From assembly GCA_965113315.1 (NCBI GenBank), contig OZ220374.1: DNA of 64,000 bases. The stretch is one strand, 5' to 3'. The position numbers were made by a program, and so were the translations under genes. The notes beneath the pieces were generated by a model, which saw only the letters and a list, made by a program, of their open reading frames with translations, had not been told where the DNA came from and did no database searches. This DNA comes from Podarcis vaucheri. Taxonomy: Eukaryota. Shown here piece after piece: positions 1-12,994 of the stretch (position 1 is the stretch's first letter; each line of letters opens with the position of its first letter).

Positions 1-2089
1 GCAAATAGGCTGTGCCCTGAGCTGTTAAAGAACCTAGCAACATCTTTGGTTAAGTGAAACAGAAATTGCTCATAGCAAACAGTTGTGATAACCCATTTCT
101 TATTACTGTGGAACCAGAAATAAAAAGGGACTGTCGCAGAGGGACAGGTAAATCTGTCAATTTTGGTTTCCAATTTTTCCAGTCTTAAATTCAGTTCTCC
201 ACAATTCCTCATCAGTTTGTGATCTTAGAAAAAACCCTGCATTTTTGTGCAAAGTGCTTTGTTTGTATGCAATGTTCTCGAACACAGTGCCTTTTTGTAA
301 GCTATTTTCACAAACATATATGCATTTTTATGGCTATTTTTACCATAGTAGATACACTTTTGTACACATTAATTCGCCGGGGAACTGAATTCTAAATTCG
401 GAGAAGTGAGAATTTCCAACAATGGCTATGTTTTTGTTTGTATAGCATTTTGGAAAGGTCTACTTTATATGCAAACTGAACTGAATTTCTTCCCTATACC
501 TATCCTCACATGCAAGCTTGGTCCTGTGCTCAAATTTATTTACTAAACCTCAAGGGAAAAAATGTACTGCTAAAGTCATGTTACATAACACAACTGGAAG
601 AAAAGTTATGCTTCCCTAGGTGGGACCCAACCTCTGAAACTGAGCTAGTATTTGTTTGAATATTTAAAAAATGTAACAGCAATGTCTGTGAGATGCGATT
701 ATGGTCTGGGAGACTTTTTTCTTAAGAAGAATGAATCAAAGCATCGTTACTCCACATATAGTACAAGGCAGATATTACTTAGGAAGAGACACTGATAGCT
801 AGCTACATACAATTTACTGTCCCAACCAGGGATGCCTGGATCAAAAGTTGTGTGTAGCCAGTTCAGTGGTGCTCAGATGTGGAGGCATCTAAATCCACAT
901 GTAGCAGATGCATTTGGGCACATGGATGTCCTCTGCTAGACCAGGGCAACTAACTATGCCTGGCATGCAGTGCCAGGACCTGAACAAGGGCTGGGTAGAG
1001 CACTCAAATTAATAAAAGCTAGAAGTTGGCTGGCAGGCAGTGAGGAATAATCATCTGACTTCCCTACAGCTGATGAGCAAGAGCAGGCCCTGTGATTTAG
1101 ACAGGAGGAAAAGGAGGCGGCGGCAGATGATCAGAAGGAAACCAGACCTCCCACCCAGAAGGGTTTTCTACTGATTCCTGTGCTGGTTTGTTTTCATATG
1201 TGTTGTTTTAGTTTGGGACTGTAGCTATATTTTATTGTTTCTAAATTTATGAACTGCTCAGAGGACATTGCTAATAGCCCATCATATCTAAATGCTAAAA
1301 ATAAATAAGCCAAGCTCACTTCTGATACTGGATACTAGCAGGAGAGAAAATCTTATGGGGGGAAAAGACTGGAAGGGAAGGATCACGGGCAGGGAAGGAT
1401 TTAATACCCCAACTGCAGTCTTTTTGCTTCAAAAATCAGACCTCCTGATCCTACTTTATGCCTGACTGGGAAACAACCATGTTTAAATATACAAAGAGTA
1501 AGTCAGACCACTAATATTTGTCCATTTTTGAGTGTCACATTTTAAAATGGATGGAGACAGCTTGGAGAAAATATACACAGAAGCATAAGAAAATACAGTC
1601 AGGATGTAAGCTGGGAAATGTGTGTTTATTATTGAGAGCAGAAGATTAAAACTGCAAACATTTATAGCTATTTAAAGATGTTAGTATTTAATGTAGAATG
1701 AGAGGCAAAGGTCACAATCCAGCACAGATTTGAATCAGTTACCTTACATAGCACCTACCTATGGATTTTTACTTGAATGTCAATCTCTCTGTGTTCAGTG
1801 GCACTTACACACTTGGAAGTTCGTCTAGGGCTGCGGTCAGAGACTGCAGTTCTATGCGTGAGACACGATGGCAGGGGTGGGGAGTTTGTAGCCCTCCAAA
1901 TGTTGCTGTACTCCAACTCCCATGATCCCTGGAATGGGGCAGGTGGGCGTTGAAGTCTAACAACATCTGGAGGACCATGGGTTTTTAGCAGTTTTTGTTT
2001 TAACTTTGTTCAACACCCTGAAATTTTATGATATGGCAGTATAGAAATACTTCTATAAATAGGTACCAACAAACAACTAAATAACTGAA

Positions 2090-2300
2090 CATGAGCTGAC
2101 TTAGACCCTGCAATCTTTACCTGAGGTCATTCTTTGTGTGCCTCCTCCATGAGAGGTCTGGAGGGTGGTAACCTGAGAATGGGCCTTTTCTGCAGTGGCT
2201 CCATGCTAGGGGAATGCTCTCCTCAAAGAGGCCGCTTGGCGCCTTTGCTACATATCTTTAGGCACCAGACAAAACCATTCCTCTTCTCCCAGGCCTTTGT
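2090..2300 (+). mobile_element. L2-clade LINE 3' fragment
   Basis: Degenerate 'ggccttttctgcagtggctcc...ggaatgctctcc' (AFS.VAP.LWN.LP), similar to other L2 3' ends in the window. Confidence 0.6.
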
Positions 2301-2418
2301 TTAATTAGCCAATCTATCTCAAGAGGCAGCTGAACCTATAGAGAACAGCAGGCAGGAAGACAAACCACTTTCCAGACTACAGCTAGTCTAAAACATTAGG
2401 GTGGAATAGCTTGAATTA

Positions 2419-2727
2419 CAGTGGTGCCTTGCAAGACGAAAAGAATCCGTTCCGTGATTCTCTTCGTCTAGCGGTTTTTTCGTCTTGCGAAGCAAGCCCA
2501 TTGACGGATTAGAGGATTAGCGCTATTAGCGGCTTATCAGCTTATCGGATCAGCTGATAAGCGGCTTAGAAAAAGGGGGGGGAACCCCGCAGGAACTCGC
2601 AAGACATTTTCCTCTTGCGAAGCAAGCCCATAGGAGATTCGTTTTGCGAAGCACCTCCAAAACGGAAAACTCTTTCGTCTAGTGAGTTTTCCGTCTTGCG
2701 AGGCATTCGTCTTGCGGGGCACCACTG
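2419..2727 (+). mobile_element. Tc1/mariner (Tigger/pogo-like) MITE, family A
   Basis: TIRs CAGTGGTGCC(T/C)(T/C)GCAAGACGAA, TA duplication on both sides; related copies at 8243 and 12995. Confidence 0.85.
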
Positions 2728-3235
2728 TATCAAAGAAAGAAGCCCCGTTTCTGAGAAGAGCTAAAATACAGCTACTTTGCATAACCAGGAATTTTGGAGA
2801 CTATTGATAGAGCTGGTTCTTCTATCCTGCTCTTATTCTCAAACTTTGTTGCTTTTGGTTTCGAGTTATTTTCTATTCACTGTCTTTTCCAGGCAGAGCT
2901 AGAGGAGGCTGCTGTCTGAAATCCTGCTCTGATTCAGTACATGGCAGATTCCTATGTAAAAACAGCAATAACCATTAAAAGTAATAACTGCAACACCCAT
3001 CAGCTCTGCTAGAGGTAGTCACCATATTGTATTGCAAGGAATTCCCTACATTAATTGGGCACTCAGGATATGCCATATCCAGACAAGATACAGGCCCTGG
3101 TCATAGGGAGTTTCAGATGTTTAGGGATATTTAGGGTGGGTCTTCTTTTATCCACGGATATATTTTGTAGATTTGGACTTGCCTAAAGAGAAAAGATCAG
3201 GCTTTGGTCAATCCTGCATTATATCCTCCAGTATA

Positions 3236-4285
3236 CCGTATTTTTCGCTCTATAACACGCATCTGACCATAACACGCATGTAGTTTTTAGAGGAGGAAAA
3301 CGAGGAAAAAATATTCTAAATGAAACAGTGGATGTATGATTTTTATGGTTCATGCTGTGGCCACAGACATGTGATCTGACAGTGAGTTTGGGGTAGCCCA
3401 ATGCAAAAATCCTGAGGATCCATGTGGATCCGTGCTTTGTAACCACGTTTTAAGTGGGGAGGGAAGGAAAAGAACTCAAGGGACAAGGAGCTTTTCCGCG
3501 GGGAGGAGGGAGGGAAAGAGCACTGTTGCTTTAAAGGTATAGTTAAGGTATTTGCCCTGTGCCTGGGTTTTTTTTTTCCATTTAACAGTTTGCAGCCTTT
3601 TCCTTCCGCTCCTTGTTTTGAGGCGGAATAGATTTGAGCAAGTGAGGAGGACTTGGATTGCAGGGGATTCGCCATTAGCTGTGTTAAAGTGCTCCTCCTT
3701 GCAGCCTGAATGATAAGCAGCCACCAGCAGCAATAGAATGGAGCACAAAAAAGCGGTAGGGGCACTAGGACCCAGACAATCCTCAAATCTATCCTGCCTG
3801 AAAACAAGGTGCTCCATCCCAGCCGATCAGCTGAGACGCGGGGGATTTGCGAAGTTTTCCCCTCTCCCTCATGCCCTCCCCAGCCTTTTTTTTTACTTCC
3901 TGGTTTTCACTGCGCTGGCTCAGAGCTCGAGGTTGGTTTTATTTTGCTGCTGGTTGCTTAAATTTTATCTTTCCTGCCGTCTCTCTGCAGCCTCATTGCT
4001 CTGTTTAGAGAGCGCGCAGACCTTTGCTAGCGTCTGTCCCTCCTCCCGTGTAAGCGGCTGCTGCCGGCTTTGCTGCTATGGCTCTCCTTCCCTCCCTCCT
4101 TCCTGGCTCCAGGTCGCTTTAAAGAAAGCAAAGTGAGAGCCTCGTAGAGCGTGTAAGTGGCTCCAGCTTTGCCTGACTGACGGCAGCCATGGCTCTGATC
4201 CGTGCATTCGCTCCTTAACACGCACAGGCATTTTCCCTTACTTTCTCGGAGCAAAAAAGTGTGTGTTTTGGAGCGAAATTTACGG
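3236..4285. mobile_element. ~1.05 kb non-autonomous Tc2/pogo-like DNA transposon
   Basis: TIRs CCGTATTTTTCGCTC.../...GAGCGAAATTTACGG, TA TSD; a short derivative lies at 28017-28185. Confidence 0.8.
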
Positions 4286-4287
4286 TA

Positions 4288-4545
4288 CCTGAAGGAGTGT
4301 CTCCACCCTCAGCTGAGGTTACAGGGAACCAGGCAGAGGGTGTTCAAGGTAGTGGAGCCCGCCCTGTGGAACGCCCTCCCATCAGATGTCAAGGAAATAA
4401 ACAACTATCAGACTTTTAGAAGGCCTCTGAAGGCAACCCTGTATTGGAAAAATTTTGATGTCTAATGTTTTACAATTTTTTATGTGCTGTAAGCCACCCA
4501 GAGCGGGTGGGGAAACCCAGTCAGATGGGTGGGATATAAATATAT
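4288..4545 (+). mobile_element. L2-clade LINE 3' end
   Basis: Translates YLKECLHP...RVFKVVEPALWNALPSDVKEINNYQTFRRPLKATLY; homologous to 45696-46043. Confidence 0.75.
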
Positions 4546-4699
4546 CATCATCCATCATCATCATCATCCAAATTAGCTGGAAAGTGCTCTTCCTATGTCT
4601 GCCTTTGGAGACAGTCCATAAATTTATTTTGCTTCAGATTGTGTCCACCAGAGTTCTAACTTAAGCCTGCAGATCGGATCATATGGTGTGATTTACACT

Positions 4700-5220
4700 A
4701 CTCTCCTATTATGTCGTCTTCACAAACTACCCTTTTATCCCTGGGCTGAATTCAAAGGCCCATTTTTCAACCTTTAAAGTCATGAATGGCCTGGGAGTGG
4801 GATGCCATACAAAAACATTTGAGATCTGAGATTAATGTCTAGGCCCTGCTGTCTATCTGCACCACCACTGTTTTGTTTGGTGGGTTATGTATGAAACACA
4901 GGGCCTTTTCTGGAGAGACATTAATCTTATGGAAGTTCCTTCCCAGGGGAAATCCGCCTTGCTCCATTGGTGGTTGTTTTTCACGAGGTAGTTAAGAGTC
5001 AACATTTCCAACAGCTATTTTGCTGTTGACTTGTTCATGATTTCATCTGCTGCTTGTGATACATTTTCTTTACGCGTTGTTTCTTTTTGTTGGTGTTGTT
5101 GTTGATATTAATTTGTCCTTTTATGTATGCTTTATATTGTTTTACAGTTGTTTGTAAGCCACTTCGATGATCCCACAGAGAAAAGGAGGGTAAAAATTCC
5201 AAATAAATAAATAAATAAAG
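4700..5220 (+). mobile_element. Old L2 LINE fragment with (TAAA)n tail
   Basis: Degenerate RT C-terminal motifs, 'gtaagccactt...' 3' end and AAATAAATAAAT tail. Boundaries approximate. Confidence 0.5.
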
Positions 5221-6019
5221 GAGTACCATTGCTGGCTCTATTTCCTCAAATCATGTCAACATTTCTAGTTTGAAGTGTGCCACTGCTCCATGTTGACACA
5301 ATCTACACAATACAGGAAAAAGCAAAGTGGGGAGGGACAGCTTCCATTATCTCTGCACTTGAATGGGCCTTCCTTCCTAGTACACATTTGCTGTTATAAA
5401 CGTCAGCACTTCTGAGTGAGTCACTGGAGGATATTTGATATAAAGCTAAAATAGGAAACTGTATATTCTTCTGATTAAATTGAGGACGGTCAGAGAGGTT
5501 TGCGATTTCAGCTGCATCCAACAGGAAAGCTTGTAGGCCACAACAGATAATGCTTTCAGTAGGGTAGTGGCAAAGGAGGAGAGGATAAGGAGAAAAGGTG
5601 AAAGGTCAGTGGAACAATGAACTATGTTTTTTTGAAAACAACTACCGGTAATCTGAAAGAACTCAAGTCGTTACATTCACCACAAATTCAATGATGGCAC
5701 ATTTCAAAATCATTATGTCATTATTTATGTGAGAACGTTCAGAACATTACTGAAAAGCAAATAAATAAATAAATAAAATTTAGATGGAAGAAAGTTTATA
5801 GAGAACTAGGCTGCATACAGACCCTATATTTAAAGCACCCTCCCAAAGAATCCTGGGGAATTCTAGCAAGACCAAGAAAGCAGAACCCTCTGCACACTTA
5901 CTTGGGAAAGCCCCATTAGTGGGGCCATGCAGGTAAGAAGTAGAGTCACACAAAGAGGAACAAGCATGTGTGTATGGCATCAGATGCAGGCAGCATGTTT
6001 ATCTCCCTACCCAGAACCA

Positions 6020-6190
6020 CAGGAAGCTGCCTTATATTGAGTCAGACCATTGGGTCCATCTAGCTCAGGAATGTCTACACTGACTGGCAGCAGCTCTCCA
6101 GATGTTCAGGCAGGAGTCTCTCCCAACCCTACCTCAAGATGCTGGGGCCTTCTGCTTGCAAGACAGATGCTCTACCACTGAGCTAAGGCC
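6020..6190 (-). mobile_element. tRNA-derived SINE-like repeat
   Basis: Reverse complement of the 16628-16810 copy; tRNA-like head 'agctcagtggtagagcatctg'. Confidence 0.6.
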
Positions 6191-8242
6191 TCTATAACAC
6201 CCACAAAGGCATCCTGTGCAAGTGTTTTCTGCTTTTAACTCTTGCAGAGTAATGCCTTGCTGCTGGGGACCATTCAGTATGGGTTAAATCTCTCTCCAGA
6301 AACACTGCCTGAGTGCAGAGTACGTAGAGGTGCACTGCACCCTTCTAAGGCACATACATCTTGACTGTCATAAAGATAGGCACTTTAATAGTCTAAGCAC
6401 TTTTCTTGGCAGTTTCTGTTTTTGTCATACTAGCTGCCATACCCAAGGAGTTGAGTGTGCCCAGGAACATTTTGGACCCCACCCCCACATCAGTAGACTC
6501 TACCCACTCGGGCCATATCAAAAACTGATATTAAAAATCTCCCTATTTTCAGTTATGATTTGGCATGGGGCACAGGAAGGCGCTGCTTTAGGAATATAAA
6601 CCAATGCTCCATTGGCGTGCAGAACTGGTTGCACTGTTCTCTGAATGCTGTCCAAAGTGAATAGCTGAAACATTTGTCAAGAATGTAAGCTGCAAACAAG
6701 ATGTCTCCAGTTTGTAGCAAATGCCATGGAAATGATGGGTGGTCTTCATTTCTCTTCCCCATCTTTCCCGCGGATAACATGGCGATAGCACAGTAGCCTA
6801 ATTTACAGGATTGTTGGGAGGGTTGCTCACGGTGAAAAACTTTGAATGCTTAAGGGAAATGCTACACAAATATAGAAATAAATTACACATGCTTGTTAAC
6901 ATAAACTGTAACTCCATCCAAGCTGTTTTTCTCAGAATAGACTTTAATAGCTGTTGCCAACTCCCTGTTTCCTCCAGGCGCCACTGCTTTAATGACAGGG
7001 CAGAAAAGGAAAGAAGGTCGTGAAGGCTTTCCTCATAAAAGGGTCATTACTAACAGCATCTTGACCTTTGTGAACAAAGGTTTCTCAAGAGTGAATGAAT
7101 AAAATCCTTCTGTCTTATATTGTGACTAATTAGGCAACACTAGCAAACTTAATCTTAGCATCTTCTTGGTTAGTGGGTTAGTAATTTTCTCTTCCAAGTG
7201 AGTAAAGGAGAAACATTTAACCAAAACCTGACTTTTTTCCTTTCACTTCAGGTTAGGGCTAGTAAAACATTTGTAGGGATAACTTATTCTTTAACATTTC
7301 TTGTATGGCTGAACTAGTCTGCTTATTTTGCAGGGTGGTGGCAGAAGCAGAGGAACCTACTATTTCATTGAGTTTGGCTTTTCTATTATTACTTTGGAAT
7401 TTAACTACAATTATGGAAGACAGACAAAAAAATAAAAATTAAAAACAGCCTCTTTATTCATATGGCCATACCATAAACAAGTTATTCTTTAGTAGGTTGT
7501 ATAGCATCTCATATTGCTTTGGAACCTTTTAACCCAATATTCTTAGTTCCATCACATTTTAGGGCATACGGTGCCAACAGCACACAGTTTAATTTGTAAC
7601 AATTTCCAGAGAGATAATTTAATCTAATCTGTAGCATTGCAATTTTAAGGACATACACCTGTATTAATTAGAAAACACTAAATTTATCTTGGAAAATTAT
7701 AATACCTCAGTATAATTTTTTTTTTAATTGTAAGTGTGAAAATGGTACGAGACACTTGGAAGAGAGATTCTTACTATCTCATAGCAGAGTTGGCACAATG
7801 ACGATTGCTCAAAGCACATTAAAACTTGATTAGACTTACATCTACCCATAACCACCTTCCCCAAAACAAAACTTAGGCTAGAATAAATCAGAGACACTTA
7901 GCTTTGCAAGTAAGTGAAGATTGTACTCACAGAGTTTCAGGAGTTACAGCAAACAATTGTTGATAGTAGAATAAAGAAGGAAAGGTTCCAAACAACTTAA
8001 GAAAACAAAAGAACTTGATTTCCTTACAGAATAATCATGCAGTCTGCAAGCTGTAAACATCTCTTATTTTGCTGACATGGTTTTCCTTCAGCAGGGAGCC
8101 ATCTGCATGACTCCCTCCTTCCAGGAAGGCAGAGAGAGAAGGGAAAGGGAGGAAGAGGCAAAGGCTCCTGGGAGCCTGTTGAACCCTTCTCAATGGGAAT
8201 TTAAGCTCAGTGCTTGGGTTAACTCTTTCATGCAAGTCAATA

Positions 8243-8521
8243 CAGTGGTGCCTCGCAAGACGAAATTAATCCGTTCCGCGAGTCTCTTCGTCTTGCGGTT
8301 TTTTCGTCTTGTGAAGCACGGCTATTAGCGGCTTAGCGGCTATTAACGGCTTAGCGGCTTTAAGAAAAAGGAAACAAACTCGCAAGAACTCGCAAGACGT
8401 TACGTCTTGCGAAGCAAGCCCATAGGGAAATTCGTCTTGCGGAACGACTCAAAAAACGGAAAACTCTTTCGTCTAGCGAGTTTTTCGTCTTGCGAGGCAT
8501 TCGTCTTGCGGGGCACCACTG
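8243..8521 (+). mobile_element. Tc1/mariner MITE, family A
   Basis: TIR CAGTGGTGCCTCGCAAGACGAA, TA TSD. Confidence 0.85.
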
Positions 8522-8528
8522 TAACTGT

Positions 8529-8620
8529 GTTGTTGTTTAGTCGTTTCCGACTCTTCGTGACCCCATGGACCAGTGCACGCCAGGCACTCCTGTCTTCCAC
8601 TGCCTCCCGCAGTTTGGTCA
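8529..8620 (-). mobile_element. BovB (RTE-clade) LINE 3' end, 5'-truncated
   Basis: Minus strand encodes KLREAVEDRSAWRALVHGVTKSRKRL followed by a (CAA)n tail, typical of the BovB RT C-terminus. Confidence 0.8.
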
Positions 8621-9544
8621 ATAACTGTATATTGCAACAATAACAAATCTTGTTGATCTCTCAAAAAGCTAATCTTCAGGTAGCAGATGATGACAATGCT
8701 GGGGGATGGGACAGATAAGGTTGGCAAGCTAAAACACTTCTGTATACCAAGAAGCAAGTTCCACTGAGTACAATCTATTTTAAAAGTTTATTATTTAATT
8801 AGTTTATGAATCACTTCCCATGAATTTAAAAAAACAGTAGAAACCCTACATGAAAACTATTATAAAATATAAACGCAGTGAAAAACAACAACACCAGCAC
8901 ATACATAAAAATCAATCCAAACCTAAAGGCAAGATACTAACTTGGATTAAGGTTTTGGAAGGCTTTCTCTCAGGACATGGCCAGTCTACAACTCTCACTG
9001 CCCCTGACTATGTTCTCTGGGGCTGAGGGGTGTCCAGAAACAGGCTCCTTACACTGCAGTGCAGTATGACAGCATAAACCATTTAAAATCGGAGAGAGCA
9101 GCAAATCATCGCCTTCTCTAGAAATTGGGCCTAGTCTTTCCTGCTCATAGTTATGCTGGGGGGGGGGGAAGCAATCTGCTTCCAAACTAGGACTAACTAG
9201 GCCCCTTTTCTTTTTCTAGTCGTTACTAAAGGGGCTACGGCAGAGTCCTAGAAAGGGAGAGCTGCTGTTGCTCATCGCTCTTTTGTAAATAATTATTTAA
9301 AATTATTTAAACCGAGGGAAATGTGTGACCGAACTTATTTATTTGCGCGGGCCCAACGCCGGCCCTTTCAAACCACCCTTTCCTACGGAAGCCGCACGGA
9401 GGACAACCTTCCTGCATCAGCGGCCGTAAATGGAACAGCTCCCAGAGAGAGAGAGAGAGAGAGAATGTGCTAACCGCTACTAGAGCCTTCTGCGAATTCC
9501 TCCTCCCGGCCCCCACCTTCGCTCTCAACTCATGAAAGGGGCAC

Positions 9545-9832
9545 TGACGTCACCCGCTCACTCTCCGCGCGGCTCGCTTCACGTCACGCCGCGCCCCGCG
9601 CGCCGTCCCTGCCTCCGGGCCAATCACACGCGGAGAAGGTTACCGGCCTATTTCCACCTCTCCCTCTCTCCCTCCCTCCCCCTTCCCACAGCCTCTCTCT
9701 TTCGCCTGAGCGGAGGGGAGGAGATAGTGCGCGAGGCGTTTTTCGGGGAGGGGGGGAGAGAGGGGGCGAGTCTCCAGGCGTCGACCAATATCTTCCGCCG
9801 CCGGGGGAGGGACTTCCGCCCGGAGCCGGAAG
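9545..9832 (+). promoter_or_regulatory. Proximal promoter motif cluster: palindromic CRE, CCAAT boxes, ETS/GABP sites
   Basis: TGACGTCA 9545-9552, CACGTCA 9580-9586, CCAAT 9620-9624 and 9785-9789, CTTCCG 9813-9818, CCGGAAG 9826-9832. No TATA box seen. Confidence 0.6.
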
Positions 9833-9849
9833 CGGGGCTCGTGGGTCTC

Positions 9850-10331
9850 CCTGGCGCTCTCTCTCTCTCTTTCCCTCGCGCTCCGTCTCTCTCTCTCTCT
9901 CTCTCTCTGTCTCTCCCTCTCATATGCGAGCGAATTGTCTCCGCTGCTTCTTGGCGCCCAGAAGCCCCGGGGCCCGGACACCCGCCGCCGCCGCCGCTCT
10001 CTCTTCCTCCTCCCGCCTCTCCGCGCCCTTCCCTCCCCGCTTGTCGCTCCTCCTCCCCGCCGCCGCCGCCGCCACTCCTCCTCCTCCTCCTCCGCCTGGG
10101 CTCCGCTGCCGCCCCCCGCCGCCCTCTCTCTCCGTCTTTCTCTTTCTCTCTCTCACCCCTTCCTGGGATTCGGCGGCGGCGGCGGAAGAACGAGAAGGAG
10201 GCGGCGGCGGGAGACGAAGACGGAGGCCGAGAGGAGAAGCAGCAGCGGCGGCAGCGAAGGATCCCTCAGGCCGGCCTCCGAGCGCGATCCCTCCCGGCCC
10301 GCCGGGGCCTTGCTGGCTGTTGGCTTGACAG
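9850..10331 (+). other. LARP4B: LARP4B non-coding exon 1 (5' UTR); start approximate
   Basis: Strong donor CAG|GTGAGT at 10331/10332 inside the CpG island, downstream of the promoter motifs. The TSS cannot be determined from sequence. Confidence 0.7.
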
Positions 10332-10414
10332 GTGAGTGGAGGCCGCGTTCAGCAGCAGTCAAGTGGCAGCAGCAGGGCCGCCGCCGCCGCTTCCTCCCGT
10401 CACCGCCCCGAGCC

Positions 10415-10425
10415 GCCGCCATTTT
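10415..10425 (-). promoter_or_regulatory. YY1 consensus site at the start of intron 1
   Basis: GCCGCCATTTT (reverse complement AAAATGGCGGC). Confidence 0.45.
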
Positions 10426-12994
10426 CTCACCCGAGGCCGCTCGCGGTGGGGGGCGGGGCTGGCCGCTGCAGGGAACTGGCCCCGGTTTCGTGGCCTTGCT
10501 CCTGCCGGGAGCTCCGCACTGCGTCGGCTTCGGCCTGGTCGCCGGGAGGGAAGCGCTGGGCCCGGCGGCAACGGCGGCATCTTCACGTGTTTCGTTTCGT
10601 TTCCTTCTCCCTCCTACACCCTCGGATTTGGTGGGGGGGGGAGAAGGAGGGAGAGATCGCCCTTTTAAGTTGATCCCCGGCTGGCCGAAAACGGAGGACA
10701 CCCCACCCCAAGCGGCAAGCCAAAGCTCCCCTTCGCTTCGTTTCCTCAAGCTCCCCCCAAACCCCCACCGCCATAGTCCTCCTTGACTCACACCCTTATC
10801 TAAAGTTAGGAATTCAAACACACACGCCCTTCTTCCATACTTGCAATGGGTATGATTTAAGTGTGACAGGAGGGTGGCTTTCTACTGCTTTCCCAGCGTC
10901 TCCGGGCCGTGATTTTGATCATTTGGCGACTTTTGCCGAACTTTAAAGCAGGCAGTGAGTTTGCTGCTGTTCAGTTGAACGCGGAGGTCTAGGGGGGTCT
11001 TGTGTCTAAATGGTTGGCTCTCTGTAGCTCTGCATTTGAAAACATGGTGTGAGATCGTCTGGGTCTGAAGTTCAGTAGCTGAGAAGGTGGGAGTCTGAGC
11101 CTTCCTGATGGACTGAGGAAATATGTCAGTTCCGTGTACTCACTGCGATGAAGTGGATTGTGTGCTGCTGCTGCTTTTCTTTTTATTGCAAGTTCCATAC
11201 TTTTTGTGCTATTTATCCTAACCTAAGAGTGAAATGAGTTTTTGGAACTCTTATGATGATACTTCATAACTGCTCAATTCCTGCCAACTTTCATCACTGC
11301 ACAACCAGCTCAGCCTTTTGCTGCTGAGGATACTGTGTGCTGTATAAGAGCTGTAATAACAGAGCCATTTAATAGCCACTCTGATAGGTTTCCTGTTATG
11401 CCATTTCTGGTTTCATTCTAGTTTCTCTAATTTAGCCATTTCAGGTGGCAACTTAGGTCTGCGTTCCTGGATGCTATTCATTTTAATAACAGTTTTGCCT
11501 AATAACATTGACCACTGTGATCAAGAAACCTGTGGCCTGCCACAACTCTCATCCCTGATATCATTGGCAATGGTGACTTGGATTGATGGGAGTTGTGGTC
11601 TTCCAGATATTGATGGGCTACTTGTTTCTCTTCCATGACCTACAGACATTTGCTGAAAGTAAACTTTATGCAAATGCCTAGTCAACTGGTTACTCCTTTG
11701 AGGTTCTTGGGAGCTGTGACTTCAGCTTTTGTGTATAGATGTACTAACAGAGTACTTTGTTAAAATGCTTTTTGGACAGTAGCATGGTTGCAATCACAAT
11801 CTAGCTTGCAAATATGAGAGTAGGCAGTATGTTGAATGTGGCTCATAGAGAGTAAACTAGATTTTCCCCAAGGTATGTAAAGGATTTCCTGTTTTGGTGT
11901 AAACATGCTGCATTTGCATCATGGGGTGGATCCAGACTAAGTTGGTTTCATTTTGTTCTCAATGAAATCTGGGACAAATTAATAATGACTTTACATATGT
12001 CCCTTTGATTTAAGTGCCACTCAGGCTGGATTTAGCCTTTGTGTTGGACTGCCTGTCCAACAAATTCTCTGCTTTCTATCAATTGTGAAAGTTTATGAAA
12101 TAGATCCTTCTATCACAAGGCCAGAATTTTGGTTCAGGACCAAAGCTGCAGGGACAGCGAGATTGAATTTTGGCAACCTTGAGATACAGAAGGTGAAGCC
12201 TGAATATTTTAGTTCTTGGTTTGTGGCTCATATGGTCTGGTTTTGTTGGACTTCATCAGAAGACTAAACAAATTTGTACTAAAAGCCTTTAGTCTGTTCA
12301 GAGAAGGGAGACTACATGTAGCATCATTCCAAAGACATTTGCAAACCACTTCAATACAATTCTTACTTGTCTCTTCCTTGTGTCTCCATGGCTGGTGCTC
12401 TCTTCAAACTTTTCAGTGGAACCTAGAGGCTTTCTGGGTATCTTTGCCAAAAAAACCCCCACACCCCTTCAGTTTAATGTAAAACATCTGCTTATCTATT
12501 ATTATTATTTATCACCATTATTATTATTATCATTATTATCATCATCCCCACTCTCTCAAATAAAGCTGATAAGCTATCTAACTGTTGGACAAGCAGTAAA
12601 CACTTGTGCTGAAGCATGGACAGATCTCATTTGTTGCACCCCCCCCTCTTAAAAAAACAAAATCAGTTGACAATCTTTTGGTTTAATTTGTGTTTATATT
12701 CATGCAAACACCAAAATGCTGGGAAAATATGGCTGTTAAGGGCCACACCATTAAGACACATTAGGCAATATAGATATGGTATGGTACCCTTTTATTGTCA
12801 TCTTTCAGGCTTCACTATCTTCAAGCTGGATGGTTGTTAGTGGCCAGGACCCTGAAGATCATCAGGTCCGAGCCCCTGCCACAGATAAAGCATTTTGATG
12901 CATATTTCTTTTGGGTAGTTTAAGTGAGAGAATGGTCAGGATGAAGATTGCTGTTGTGCTGATGCCGGTATAATGTGGCAGAAGCAACATAATA

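Larger units (their letters stand above)
9340..10910. promoter_or_regulatory. CpG island containing the LARP4B promoter, exon 1 and the start of intron 1
   Basis: Abrupt shift to very high GC and CpG density with (GCC)n, (GGC)n and CT/GA tracts, against an AT-rich, CpG-depleted background. Boundaries approximate. Confidence 0.9.

Noticed and set aside
1-9300. Exons of a divergent neighbouring gene upstream of the CpG island
   Set aside because: Only repeats and short chance ORFs were found; no recognisable coding exons.
9532-10821. Several 100-280 aa ORFs on both strands in the CpG island
   Set aside because: Low-complexity Pro/Ala/Arg/Gly translations are expected from stop-poor GC-rich DNA; no recognisable domains.
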